A DNA stretch of 64,000 nucleotides from an uncultured Bacteroidota bacterium (GTDB lineage: Bacteria; Bacteroidota; Bacteroidia; Bacteroidales; GCA-2748055), in NCBI GenBank assembly GCA_963793455.1, contig CAWCAK010000002.1, forward strand, positions 245,308 through 309,307, given 5' to 3'. Position numbers and translations under genes: made by a program. The notes beneath the pieces are model-generated. The model saw nothing but the letters and a program-made list of their open reading frames with translations. It did no database searches and was not told the origin of the DNA. This document shows, piece by piece, positions 1 through 9,436 of the stretch. Every line of letters starts with the position of its first letter. Within the stretch, counting starts at the first letter, position 1.

Positions 1-404
1 ACCTTGCCGATTCGGTTCAGCGGATCAGGCACCACAGCCTTATTGTACTGGCCGGGGATTTCAATGAGCCCTGGGAGGGCTATTCCATGGAGCCCCTGCG
101 GCTGGCGCGGATCGGGGGTGATTCCATCGTCAATATCCTTGGGGAGGATGGGGGGAGAAGCTATAAATACAGGGGGAACTGGAGTGGCATTGATTTGTTC
201 CTGGTGGCCCGGGGTGTCGAAAGGTACCTGGTCAGGGGCTCCGTATTCCGCCTCCCGGCACTGCTCACCACAGACGAACCCTATGGAGGGGAAAAGCCAT
301 TCCGAGTGTACGACGGATTCAGGTATACAGGAGGCTTCAGTGATCACCTTCCCGTTCTACTGGATATCAGCCGCCCCCTTTTTTCAGCTGGTTCCGGGCG
401 GTAA
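1..404 (+). CDS. endonuclease/exonuclease/phosphatase (EEP) family protein, C-terminal part (5' end outside window)
   Basis: Frame 3 is open from the window edge to TAA 402-404. The translation (...SLIVLAGDFNEPWEG... and ...GGFSDHLPVLLDI) carries the GDFN and SDH-P motifs of the EEP/DNase I-like fold. Confidence 0.65.
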   Translation, partial: LADSVQRIRHHSLIVLAGDFNEPWEGYSMEPLRLARIGGDSIVNILGEDGGRSYKYRGNWSGIDLFLVARGVERYLVRGSVFRLPALLTTDEPYGGEKPFRVYDGFRYTGGFSDHLPVLLDISRPLFSAGSGR

Positions 405-1812
405 GGCCCAGCGCTTTCCCTGTCGTGAGCATTTTACCGTAAGCAGCTTCAAATTCGTTGGGGATCTCCCCATCCAGGATGGCATCTTTGATGGCGTTCT
501 TGATCATCCCTACCGGGCGCGATGGCTCGATGCCGAATACATGCTGGATGTCATCCCCCGATATGGGGGGCTGGAAATTCCGGATGTGGTCCTTCTCCTC
601 GATCTCCACAATCTTTTGCCGGACAACTTCGAAATTCCGCAGGTGCCGTTTTACTGTTCTTTCGTTCTTGGAGGTGATATCCGCCTCACAAAGGGTCATC
701 AGGTCCTCCAGGTCCTCTCCTGCATCATAGATGAGCCTGCGGACAGCCGAATCGGTGACTGTATCCTGGGACAACACAATGGGACGGAGGTGCAGCTGCA
801 CCATCTTCTGCACATATTTCATTTTCTCATTCAGGGGAAGCTTCATTCTGCGGAAGATGCCCGGGATCATTTTTGCCCCGATAAATTCATGTCCGTGGAA
901 GGTCCATCCGGTTCCCGGCTCGAATTTCCGGGTCCGGGGTTTGGCAATGTCATGCAGCAGGGCTGCCCACCTCAGCCAGAGGTCCTCTGTCCGCGGGACA
1001 ATATTGTCCACCACCTCCAGGGTGTGCAGGAAATTGTCTTTATGGAACTGCCCGTCCACCTCTTCCACACCCTTCATCTGGTGCAGCTCCGGGAAAATGA
1101 TCTCCAGCAGCCCTGTCTCGTCCAGGAGCTTGAATCCGTTGCCGGGGGTATCAGTCAGCAGGATCTTGTTCACCTCTTCGGAGATCCGCTCCTGGGATAT
1201 AATGCTGATGCGTTCCCGGTACCGGGCAATGGCCTCCAGGGTACCAGCTTCGATCCGGAATCCTAGCCTGGTGGCGAAACGGATCCCGCGAAGCATCCTG
1301 AGCGGATCATCGGAGAAGGTCTGGCCGGGATCCAGGGGGGTGATGATCAGCTTCTCCTGAAGGTGTTTCAATCCGCCGAAGGGATCCAGCAAATGACCGA
1401 ATGTTCCCGGGTTGAGCGAAAGAGCCAGGGCATTGATGGTAAAGTCACGCCTGTTCTGGTCATCCTCAAGTGTACCGTTTTCCACCACCGGTTTCCGGGA
1501 GTCCCTCCGGTAGGATTCTTTCCTGGCTCCTACGAACTCAATTTCTGTGTCACCCCATTTCAGCATGGCAGTCCCGAAGTTCCTGTAGACGGTGAAATGT
1601 ACCTCTCCTTCCAGCTCATTCCGAACCTTTTCAGCCATTTCAATGCCACTCCCGATCACCACCACATCGATATCTCCGGACAGGTCACTTTTACCGCAGA
1701 GCAGCAGGTCACGCACAAATCCGCCGATCACATAGGTTTCAGTACCTTCCCGGGCCGCTACTTTTGTGATCACCTGGAAAACGTGGTTGTGAAGGTGTTT
1801 GGATAGATCCAT
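367..1812 (-). CDS. CCA-adding tRNA nucleotidyltransferase / poly(A) polymerase-family protein with HD domain
   Basis: 481 codons from ATG 1812 (MDLSKHLHNHVF...). Motifs seen: GGFVRDLLL, DIDVVV, RRDFTINALA and an HD domain (LLHDIAKP). The extra 82 N-terminal codons of the track ORF look non-coding. It converges on and overlaps the EEP gene end by 38 nt. Confidence 0.8.
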   Translation of the reverse strand: MDLSKHLHNHVFQVITKVAAREGTETYVIGGFVRDLLLCGKSDLSGDIDVVVIGSGIEMAEKVRNELEGEVHFTVYRNFGTAMLKWGDTEIEFVGARKESYRRDSRKPVVENGTLEDDQNRRDFTINALALSLNPGTFGHLLDPFGGLKHLQEKLIITPLDPGQTFSDDPLRMLRGIRFATRLGFRIEAGTLEAIARYRERISIISQERISEEVNKILLTDTPGNGFKLLDETGLLEIIFPELHQMKGVEEVDGQFHKDNFLHTLEVVDNIVPRTEDLWLRWAALLHDIAKPRTRKFEPGTGWTFHGHEFIGAKMIPGIFRRMKLPLNEKMKYVQKMVQLHLRPIVLSQDTVTDSAVRRLIYDAGEDLEDLMTLCEADITSKNERTVKRHLRNFEVVRQKIVEIEEKDHIRNFQPPISGDDIQHVFGIEPSRPVGMIKNAIKDAILDGEIPNEFEAAYGKMLTTGKALGLTARNQLKKGGG

Positions 1813-1950
1813 GGGTTCCTGGTATGGCACAAAAGTACAATTGTTTTTCTCATTTTTTACCCTGTGAATATCGAACAAAAAAAATTCCTGACCGTTAAAT
1901 ATATTTTGACTAATTTTCTGCCCGTAACCATGGAATGTTGATTTAACCTG

Positions 1951-3642
1951 ATGAGTGGCCTGAAAATTACCATTTGTTTCTGGTATCTGGAGCCGGATGT
2001 GGTGGATGATGTCCTTAAAACCCTGGAAGAGGGGAAGATGGATGTATCCTACTGCCACTGTAAAAAGAATTCGGAGTTAGAGACCAGACTGGGTGAAAAT
2101 CCACCCGACCTGATCATTGCTGATTTTGATGCTCCGGATCACCTGAAGAAGATCGTGCAAAAGGTGATGGAACCCTACTATTCGGAGGTCCCATTGATCT
2201 ACCTGGTAGGGGAAAAGAACCAGTACCAGGCAGCAGAGACCATGAAGGCCGGGGTCTGGGACTATGTATCCAAAGACCAGCTTTTCAAGCTGATCCCGTC
2301 CGTTTACTCCTCCCGAAAATATTCACAGGTGAACAGGCAGCGCAGGGAGGCCGAACGTGCTTTGGGTGAATCGAGGGACCGTTACATGTCCATCTTCCAG
2401 TCGGTCAATGACGGGATCCTGCTGTTTGATTTTAAGACCAGGAAGATCACAGACTACAATCCCCGGGTGCTTGAATTGTTCGGGGTCACCGATGCCGATA
2501 TGGAGGTGCTGGAGATCGACAAGTTCTCCTGCACCGAAGAGGGATTTACCATAGACCGTGCCAGGGAATATATTGAAGAAGCTGTCAGGGGCAATCCTGT
2601 CTCCTTTGAATGGAGGAATATCACCAAAGAGGGCCGGAAATTCTGGACCCTCAATTCTTTTTCCATTGTCAGGTTCGATAAAAAGAAATGCATACTGCTG
2701 GTTACCAGGAATATTGACGCGCAGAAAAAGATGGAGCAATCCCTGCTGGAGTCCCAGGAGCATTTCAGGGCACTGGCGGAGAATTCACCGGACGTGATCA
2801 TGCGTTTCGACCGCAACCACCGGCATGTCTATGTGAACAACGCAGTGGTCGGACAGACAGGTCTGCAGATCGATGCTTTCATCAACAAGAGTCACCGTGA
2901 GATGGGGATCTTCCCGGAGGAGAAAGTGCGGTTGTGGGAGGAGGCGCTGGACAGGGTATTCCAAACGGGGCAACCACACACGCTGGTGTTTGAAATTGAA
3001 CTTGATGACCATATCCATTCATATGAATGGAGGCTCTATCCCGAGATAGGCAGTTCAGAGCTGGTTGATTCTGTCATCGGTGTGGCCAGGGATATTACCG
3101 ATAACATGGAGTCGGAAGATGCCCTGAAAAGGAGCGAAGAACGGTTGAACCTGGCCCTGCAGGCCACGGAGCTGGGCTTGTGGGACTGGAACGTGGTGAC
3201 CAATGAGGTCTATTACTCCCCCATATGGATGTCCATGCTGGGTTACGGACCGGATGAGCTGCCCCAGGAACTGGACACCTGGACCTCCCTGCAGCATCCC
3301 GATGATGCAGAGGAATCCATGAAGAAGGTTCAGCAGGCGATCAGGAACAGGGAAGATTCATTCGAGATTGAATTCCGCCTGAAATACAAGAACGGGAATT
3401 ATGTCTGGATCCGGGCCATGGGAAAGGCCGTTGGCTTTGATGAACAGGGGAATACCACCCGTCTGACCGGGATCCATGAAAACATTGACGAGCGGAAAAA
3501 GGATGAGCTGGTCAGGCAGGTTCTGTTCGATATTTCCAACGCGGTGAGCACCACACAGAGCCTGGATGAACTCTATGTGAAGATCAGGGAATCGCTGGGA
3601 CATTGTGGTGGATACCACCAACTGTTTCCTGGCCCTCTATAA
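1951..3642 (+). CDS. hybrid sensor histidine kinase, N-terminal fragment (receiver-like domain plus PAS/PAC modules); frame lost inside GAF domain
   Basis: ORF 1951-3642 has PAS/PAC-like modules (e.g. LGLWDWNVVTNEVYYSPIWMSMLGY...HPDD). The authentic sequence leaves frame 1 at about 3598-3602 (..IRESLG then IVVDTTNCFLALYNEKSDTL in frame 2). Confidence 0.75.
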   Translation: MSGLKITICFWYLEPDVVDDVLKTLEEGKMDVSYCHCKKNSELETRLGENPPDLIIADFDAPDHLKKIVQKVMEPYYSEVPLIYLVGEKNQYQAAETMKAGVWDYVSKDQLFKLIPSVYSSRKYSQVNRQRREAERALGESRDRYMSIFQSVNDGILLFDFKTRKITDYNPRVLELFGVTDADMEVLEIDKFSCTEEGFTIDRAREYIEEAVRGNPVSFEWRNITKEGRKFWTLNSFSIVRFDKKKCILLVTRNIDAQKKMEQSLLESQEHFRALAENSPDVIMRFDRNHRHVYVNNAVVGQTGLQIDAFINKSHREMGIFPEEKVRLWEEALDRVFQTGQPHTLVFEIELDDHIHSYEWRLYPEIGSSELVDSVIGVARDITDNMESEDALKRSEERLNLALQATELGLWDWNVVTNEVYYSPIWMSMLGYGPDELPQELDTWTSLQHPDDAEESMKKVQQAIRNREDSFEIEFRLKYKNGNYVWIRAMGKAVGFDEQGNTTRLTGIHENIDERKKDELVRQVLFDISNAVSTTQSLDELYVKIRESLGHCGGYHQLFPGPL

Positions 3643-3680
3643 CGAAAAATCGGACACGCTGACCCTCCCGTTCATGGAGG

Positions 3681-5516
3681 ATGAGAAGGACTCCTTCACG
3701 GAGTTTCCGGCCAGGAAGACCCTCACAAGCTATCGTGATCAGAACCGGTGAAGCACAGCTGGTGGACGTTGAGCGGGAGAGGGAACTGACAAAACTGGGT
3801 GAGATCGAGGCGGTTGGTGCACCCTGCATCAGCTGGCTGGGGGTACCCCTGAAACATGAAGGGAACACCATCGGTGTATTTGCCGTCCAGTCCTATTCGG
3901 AGGAAGTGATCTATACCCGGTCAGATGCAGGCTTGCTGGAATTCGCCAGTGACCAGATCGCCATGGCCATTGACAGGCGGAGACACCAGGACAATGTCAG
4001 GGCCACCCAGGAGAAACAGCGAAAGGTGTTCGAGTCATCCCCCGATCCCATGATCGTTGTGGACAGCAATGCACTGATCATTGACTTCAACAGTGCGTTC
4101 ATCGAGGTGTTCGAAGTGGATCCGGATGTGGTATACGGTGAGAAGGTTTTCCGTTTTATCCACAAGGACGACTGGAGGCAGGCCATCAAGGACTTCTATG
4201 AGACCTGGAAAAAAGGTTACCTGAAAAACCTGGAATACCAGATTGTGCGTCCCGATGGGGTTTCTTTTGACGGAGAGGTCTCCAGCGGTGCCATCTTTAC
4301 CAGCAACGGGAAGCCCGATTCGATGGTGCTGATCCTCAAAAATATCACTGAGCGGAAGGAGGCAGAAAGAAAGTTGCTGGAGGCCAAATACAAGGCAGAG
4401 GAATCGGACAAGCTGAAGACCGCGTTCCTCTCCAACATGTCCCATGAGATCCGGACTCCCATGAATGCCATCGTGGGATTTTCAGACCTGCTCTCGGACG
4501 AGGGGCTTAATCCCGAGGAGCGAAGGGATTTCATTGCACAGATCAACCAGGGGGCGGACGACCTGATGCGGCTAATCGACGACATCATCGATATTGCCAA
4601 GATCGAAGCGGGACAGGTCAATGTGCACATTGCCGAGTGCTTTATCAGGGACCTTTTCAAGGAACTGCACCTGATGTTCATCCAGAACATCAAGCGCTCA
4701 GGCAAGGAGGGTGTGAACATGATGATGCAGTGGGACTGGCCGGTCAATGAACTGGCCATCTATACGGACCCGTTCAGGCTGAAGCAGATCCTTGTGAACC
4801 TGTTGGGCAATGCCGTGAAGTTTACAGAAAAGGGGGATATCGTCCTTGGGCTCCAGGAGCATCCTGAAGGAATCCGGTTCTATGTGAAGGACTCGGGGAT
4901 CGGGATCAGGGAAGAGAAACAGAAGGTGATTTTTGATCGTTTCATGCAGGGCCATGAAACAAAGACCAAACTATATGGTGGAACGGGGCTGGGTCTTGCC
5001 ATCTCCAAGAACCTCACCGAGATCCTGGGTGGCGAGATCGGGGTTGATTCGAAAACAGGAGAGGGAGCCACTTTCTGGTTTATTCTGCCCCGGAACGAGG
5101 TGCCTCTGAAATATGAGGCGGCCCTGCGGGCACCCTCACCGGACATGAAGTCCTGGGAAGGGAAGAAATTGCTGATTGCCGAAGATGACCATTCCAATTA
5201 CTATTTCCTCTATGAAGCACTGAAGGATACGGGTGTGGAGATCCTCTGGTCGAAGGACGGGGAGGAGACGCTGCAGTTGTTCAGGAATCATCCGGACCTG
5301 AACCTGGTGCTGATGGATATTAACATGCCCCTTCTGAATGGGTATGACTGCACCAGGACCATCAAAAAGGAGCGGCCCGACCTGCCGGTGATCGCACAGA
5401 CAGCCTATGCCATGTCAGGCGAGCGTGAGATAAGCCGGGAGGCCGGGTGCGATGATTACCTCAGCAAACCCATCAAGGTGAAGGAGCTGCTGGAGACGCT
5501 GGCCAACCATATTTAG
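3681..5516 (+). CDS. hybrid sensor histidine kinase, C-terminal fragment (GAF remainder, PAS, HisKA, HATPase_c, receiver)
   Basis: The authentic frame-3 sequence begins near 3735 (VIRTGEAQLVD...). Motifs seen: HisKA H-box FLSNMSHEIRTPMNAI, HATPase GTGLGLAISK, and receiver LLIAEDD...LMDINMP...SKP. Confidence 0.8.
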   Translation: MRRTPSRSFRPGRPSQAIVIRTGEAQLVDVERERELTKLGEIEAVGAPCISWLGVPLKHEGNTIGVFAVQSYSEEVIYTRSDAGLLEFASDQIAMAIDRRRHQDNVRATQEKQRKVFESSPDPMIVVDSNALIIDFNSAFIEVFEVDPDVVYGEKVFRFIHKDDWRQAIKDFYETWKKGYLKNLEYQIVRPDGVSFDGEVSSGAIFTSNGKPDSMVLILKNITERKEAERKLLEAKYKAEESDKLKTAFLSNMSHEIRTPMNAIVGFSDLLSDEGLNPEERRDFIAQINQGADDLMRLIDDIIDIAKIEAGQVNVHIAECFIRDLFKELHLMFIQNIKRSGKEGVNMMMQWDWPVNELAIYTDPFRLKQILVNLLGNAVKFTEKGDIVLGLQEHPEGIRFYVKDSGIGIREEKQKVIFDRFMQGHETKTKLYGGTGLGLAISKNLTEILGGEIGVDSKTGEGATFWFILPRNEVPLKYEAALRAPSPDMKSWEGKKLLIAEDDHSNYYFLYEALKDTGVEILWSKDGEETLQLFRNHPDLNLVLMDINMPLLNGYDCTRTIKKERPDLPVIAQTAYAMSGEREISREAGCDDYLSKPIKVKELLETLANHI

Positions 5517-5707
5517 TCGCTTTCCAGGATTTTGTTGATTTGTTCTTCGGTCTTGCGGAGCCTGTCGCGGCAGATCTTCAGCAACGAGGTGACGCGGTTC
5601 ACCTTTTCTGCCAGTTCATCCACATTCATGTCACCCTCCTCGATCTTCCCGAGTATTTGTTCGATCTCCTGAACGGCATCATCGTAACTAATCTTCTCTT
5701 TTGCCAT
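5513..5707 (-). CDS. xseB: exodeoxyribonuclease VII small subunit
   Basis: 64-aa helical protein (SYDDAVQEIEQILGKIEEGDMNVDEL...) directly downstream of xseA, overlapping it by 20 nt. Confidence 0.85.
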   Translation of the reverse strand: MAKEKISYDDAVQEIEQILGKIEEGDMNVDELAEKVNRVTSLLKICRDRLRKTEEQINKILESD

Positions 5708-6956
5708 GATTTACATCGGTTTTTTCAACTTTGCTAATGATTTTTCCCCTGTGCAGGCGGGTTTCAAGCAGATCTTCCGGAGCGATCCCTTCAATGCCCG
5801 AGATGGGTTTGCCTTTGTACAGGGTCATTGAATATCCCCTTCTGAGGATCATTACAGGATCCACCAGTCCGTTCCTGGTTTCCAGCAGGGAAAGGTGGTC
5901 GTTTTTCCGGGCGAGCAGGTTGTCCACTGCCAGCTTCATCCGCTTGGAGGCCTGCTCCAGGTGGTCCTTCCTTCTCAACAGGAATCCACGGGTGCCATGG
6001 CCCAGGTCGCCCGACATCTTTTCGAGGAGGATCCGCTGGCGCTGGACAGCCCCGGTCACCAATGATGAGAGTGAATCACTGTAGGCTGAAAGCCTGAAAT
6101 CGAAGGCGAGCAATTGGTCCACCAGGAACTCGGCTACGGCAGTGGGTGTTTTGAGGCCACGGGCGGCCACCATATCCACCACTGATTCATCCCTGTCATG
6201 CCCGATCCCTGTCAGCACAGGCAGTGGAAACTGGGTGATGTAATAGGCAAGGTCATGGTTGTTGAAGCACTCCAGGTCGGCTTTTGAACCTCCTCCCCTG
6301 ATGATCACCACGCAATCATACGCTTCCCCGGAACTGAAGATGGCATCCAGGGCTTCCATGATGGAAGATGGAGCCTCATCTCCCTGCATGACAGCAGGAT
6401 ACAAGAATGCATGCAGTAAGTAGCCATGGCTGTTTTCAGTGACTGATTCCATGAAGTCCCCGTATCCGGCCGCCGTTCCGGAGGAGATCACAGCGATACG
6501 CTGAGGTACAAGAGGGAAAGGGAGTTCCTTATTCATCTCCATGACACCTTCGCTGCGGAGTTTTGCGATGACCTCCTGCTTCTTCCTCGCGAGGTCCCCC
6601 AGGGTATAAGCGGGATCGATATCGGTAATATTGATGCTTAAACCGTAGAGCGGGTGCAATTCAATGTTACCCTGGCAAAGGAGTTTGATGCCGCTTTTCA
6701 GGGGAATGCCGGTGGTTGATTCAAAATAGGGGCGCAGCATGCTGTATTTTGAGGCCCAGATGGTGGCCCTTGCCTTTGCCACCAGCGAATCGTTGTCCGG
6801 ATTCTTTTCAATAAGTTCCAGGTAACAATGCCCCCTTGTATTCACATGCAGTTCAAGGATCTCTGCCATGATCCATTGTGGACCGGGAAACGCTTTATTC
6901 AGGGCCTTCCCGGCCCTTCCAAGGAGTTCGGAAAGTGACAGGGATCCTTCCATCAC
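5688..6956 (-). CDS. xseA: exodeoxyribonuclease VII large subunit
   Basis: 422 aa with an OB-fold N-terminus and the catalytic core motif IIRGGGSKADLECFN. It forms an operon with xseB. Confidence 0.9.
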   Translation of the reverse strand: MMEGSLSLSELLGRAGKALNKAFPGPQWIMAEILELHVNTRGHCYLELIEKNPDNDSLVAKARATIWASKYSMLRPYFESTTGIPLKSGIKLLCQGNIELHPLYGLSINITDIDPAYTLGDLARKKQEVIAKLRSEGVMEMNKELPFPLVPQRIAVISSGTAAGYGDFMESVTENSHGYLLHAFLYPAVMQGDEAPSSIMEALDAIFSSGEAYDCVVIIRGGGSKADLECFNNHDLAYYITQFPLPVLTGIGHDRDESVVDMVAARGLKTPTAVAEFLVDQLLAFDFRLSAYSDSLSSLVTGAVQRQRILLEKMSGDLGHGTRGFLLRRKDHLEQASKRMKLAVDNLLARKNDHLSLLETRNGLVDPVMILRRGYSMTLYKGKPISGIEGIAPEDLLETRLHRGKIISKVEKTDVNHGKRED

Positions 6957-8599
6957 TGGATGATTAGGGGATTCCTGTACAGTTGCCGGGGTGTACTGAT
7001 CTCCAGGATATACATGCCGGGCTTCATTCCGCCAGGCAGGGTGGTCTCACACGGCAGCTGAACCGGCCTGGAGAGGATCTTTCTTCCGGACATGTCGTAA
7101 AGACTGACCACGGATTCAACTGTCCCCTCCCCGGGAATCCTGATCATGACCCTGTCCCTTGCCGGGTTGGGCCAGAGCACCATCCCCCGGTCGCGGACCG
7201 TATTCCGGGTGCCACTGATGGTCCAGAAGGCCCTTGCAAAACTGGGGGTTCCGAATCCATATTCATCGCCGGGATGGTCCGCCCGGTTCCCGTTTTGCCT
7301 GATCACCTGCATGATCTCACTGGCTGGAAGCTCCGGGTAGGCCTGCCACAGTGCAGCCACCGATCCTGCCATCAGAGGGGAGGAGAAGGAGGTCCCGTCA
7401 CCCCTGCCAACGCCACCGTTCCAGTACTGGACTCCGGCAGATTTTCCCATGGCCACCACATCGGGTTTAATCCTTCCGTCGAAGGAGGGCCCGCGCGAAC
7501 TGAAATTGCTGATCTGGTGGGTGCTGTCCACCGCCCCCACGCCAAGGATATCCAGGGCATCGGAGGGAGCTGTAATGTAGTGCCAGTTGCTGTTTCCTTC
7601 ATTGCCGGCACTGACGCAGGCAATGATCCCTTTAGAGGCGGTCATGGATGCGGCCCTGGATATGAAAGTGGTTTGCCCGTCCATGTCTTCGTACCGGTAG
7701 TTATACTGGATGCTGTCAAATTCTGAATACCCAAGGGAGGTGTTGAATACATCATACCCCAGGCTGTCCAGGTATTCAGCTGCCTCGATCCAGGCGATCT
7801 CCTCAATCCTGGTCTCACGGGCGGGGTCCTCGGTCATGCATAGATAGAAACTGGCATGCGGAGCAGTTCCCATCATATTCCCGTCCCAGAGTGCACCTAT
7901 AATTGAGAGGACATACATGCCGTGCTGGTTGATCTCCCGGTAGACGGAACCGTCGCTCACAAAATTCCTTGTGCCTCTCAACCGGCCTTCACTGATCATG
8001 GATTTGAAGGAGGGCAGGCTGTCCACATTCCTGAATCCGGCATCCAGCACCCCGATCCAGACGCCACCCCCCGTATATCCCTCCCGGTGCAGTACCTCCA
8101 TGTCCACCAGCCCGACCTGTTCACTGGCGATCCCGTAGTCAAATCCGGGGGGCGCAGCCAGGGGCGGATCAAATCTTTCGCCGGCAGGGGCAGGAGGGAA
8201 ATAGACCTCATCGGTTTCAGGTTCCCAGGGAAGGTTGTCCACAAATGGTTTTTTCATCACCTGGTCATACAATTCACGGGAGGTGTTGACCATGACCAGC
8301 CCGTTGAGCCACCTGGAGACATGGCGTACCTCGGCACCCATGTTCCTGATCTCATCAACATAGGCCCGGGTGACCGGTTCATCGGTCTGGTCGATACCCA
8401 GGCCCTGCCAGGCCCTCCTGTGGACAGAGCGCTCAGACAGGAATTGTCCCGGCTGACTGATCTCGTAGCCATTCTCCTGCTTATCGGTGAAATAGATCCA
8501 GTAGGTGTTGTGGCTGAGCTTCTGTGCGGAGAGGAACGATGACAGAAACAGTACCGGTACAAGGAAGAATCCCTTCAGGTGCAATTTGTTTGTTCCCAT
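6953..8599 (-). CDS. S8 family serine peptidase with T9SS C-terminal sorting domain
   Basis: Signal peptide present. Subtilase triad contexts are VLDAGF, HGMYVLSI and GTSFSSPLMAG. The C-terminal ~80 aa (WPNPARDRVMIRI...GMYILEI...) match the Por secretion tail pattern. Confidence 0.85.
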   Translation of the reverse strand: MGTNKLHLKGFFLVPVLFLSSFLSAQKLSHNTYWIYFTDKQENGYEISQPGQFLSERSVHRRAWQGLGIDQTDEPVTRAYVDEIRNMGAEVRHVSRWLNGLVMVNTSRELYDQVMKKPFVDNLPWEPETDEVYFPPAPAGERFDPPLAAPPGFDYGIASEQVGLVDMEVLHREGYTGGGVWIGVLDAGFRNVDSLPSFKSMISEGRLRGTRNFVSDGSVYREINQHGMYVLSIIGALWDGNMMGTAPHASFYLCMTEDPARETRIEEIAWIEAAEYLDSLGYDVFNTSLGYSEFDSIQYNYRYEDMDGQTTFISRAASMTASKGIIACVSAGNEGNSNWHYITAPSDALDILGVGAVDSTHQISNFSSRGPSFDGRIKPDVVAMGKSAGVQYWNGGVGRGDGTSFSSPLMAGSVAALWQAYPELPASEIMQVIRQNGNRADHPGDEYGFGTPSFARAFWTISGTRNTVRDRGMVLWPNPARDRVMIRIPGEGTVESVVSLYDMSGRKILSRPVQLPCETTLPGGMKPGMYILEISTPRQLYRNPLIIQ

Positions 8600-8602
8600 C
8601 TG

Positions 8603-9364
8603 CTACTTTTGAAAGGGTTGAGGTTCCTCCACGGGGTCCTTGCTCAGCAGCGTGTCCTGCATCAGCCTCATGAATTCCTCATTGTCAACCGGGTTCCCGC
8701 CCTTGTATTCCAGGCTGTACAGCAGGGCACCGGTATCATCATAATAGTCCCAGGTCCCTTCCGATTTGTTGTCCATGTACACCCCGCTCATCATCAGAAC
8801 CGTATCTGCGTAATAGACCCTGTAGGGACCATTGAGCATGTTATGCTTATATTGCCCGGTAAGCCTGGGATTCCCGTCTTCATAATATTGATTCCAGTTT
8901 CCTTCCCTGCTGTTGTTTTCCCATTCCACCTCTTCGGAAATATTTCCCTCGGGATAGTAGCGGATCACGTTGCCATGCAGCGCCCCGTCGTTGTAATCCT
9001 CCCTGATCCTGACCGAACCGTCATACCCCGAATAATAGGTCCATACCGAGTCCTTCTTTTTTTCCATGTACCAGCCCTCTGCAGCTTTCTTCCCGTTTTC
9101 ATGGAACATCGTGGTAAAACAGTGGTTTTTGCTTGAATCGAACATCATCCGCGCGGTGACACGGCCCTTGTCATCATACCGGACCATCAGCCCCACAGGC
9201 CTGCCTTCCCTGAAAGTGGCTTCATACATGGTTTCCCCGTTGGGGTGCTCCACCTTCCACGGACCGGTCTTGCGCCCCTTTTCATCCAGCAGGTTCTGCG
9301 CGTAAAGAGCTGTGCATAACCATCCGGAGAGGATAAGTAACACCATCCTTTTCATAAGGATCAA
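8603..9364 (-). CDS. MORN-repeat variant (YwqK-like) protein with signal peptide
   Basis: Repeated G-x-W-x-x-Y-Y-x-x-G modules (GPWKVEHPNGE, DSVWTYYSGYDG, EGNWNQYYEDGN, EGTWDYYDDTG) and an N-terminal hydrophobic signal. Confidence 0.7.
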   Translation of the reverse strand: MILMKRMVLLILSGWLCTALYAQNLLDEKGRKTGPWKVEHPNGETMYEATFREGRPVGLMVRYDDKGRVTARMMFDSSKNHCFTTMFHENGKKAAEGWYMEKKKDSVWTYYSGYDGSVRIREDYNDGALHGNVIRYYPEGNISEEVEWENNSREGNWNQYYEDGNPRLTGQYKHNMLNGPYRVYYADTVLMMSGVYMDNKSEGTWDYYDDTGALLYSLEYKGGNPVDNEEFMRLMQDTLLSKDPVEEPQPFQK

Positions 9365-9371
9365 ATATAGT

Positions 9372-9410
9372 GAAAAAGAAAAAGCTGTCGACCCGTGGCA
9401 GACAGCTTTT
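9372..9410 (-). terminator. probable intrinsic terminator downstream of dnaK
   Basis: Perfect 9-bp stem aaagctgtc (9381-9389) / gacagcttt (9401-9409). On the minus strand it is followed by a T-rich run (complement of gaaaaagaaaa). Confidence 0.5.
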
Positions 9411-9436
9411 CATCATCATCAGGGGTTTTGGCAACC

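Noticed and set aside
4-1266. 420-aa plus-strand ORF overlapping the EEP gene end and the CCA-type nucleotidyltransferase
   Set aside because: It starts with TTG and is antisense to a well-supported gene for most of its length. It is not in the frame that carries the EEP motifs. It is a shadow ORF.
3590-3740. Programmed ribosomal frameshifting in the histidine kinase
   Set aside because: It would require two consecutive +1 events 135 nt apart. There is no slippery heptamer or stimulatory structure at either site. Similar lesions occur in many unrelated genes of the window.
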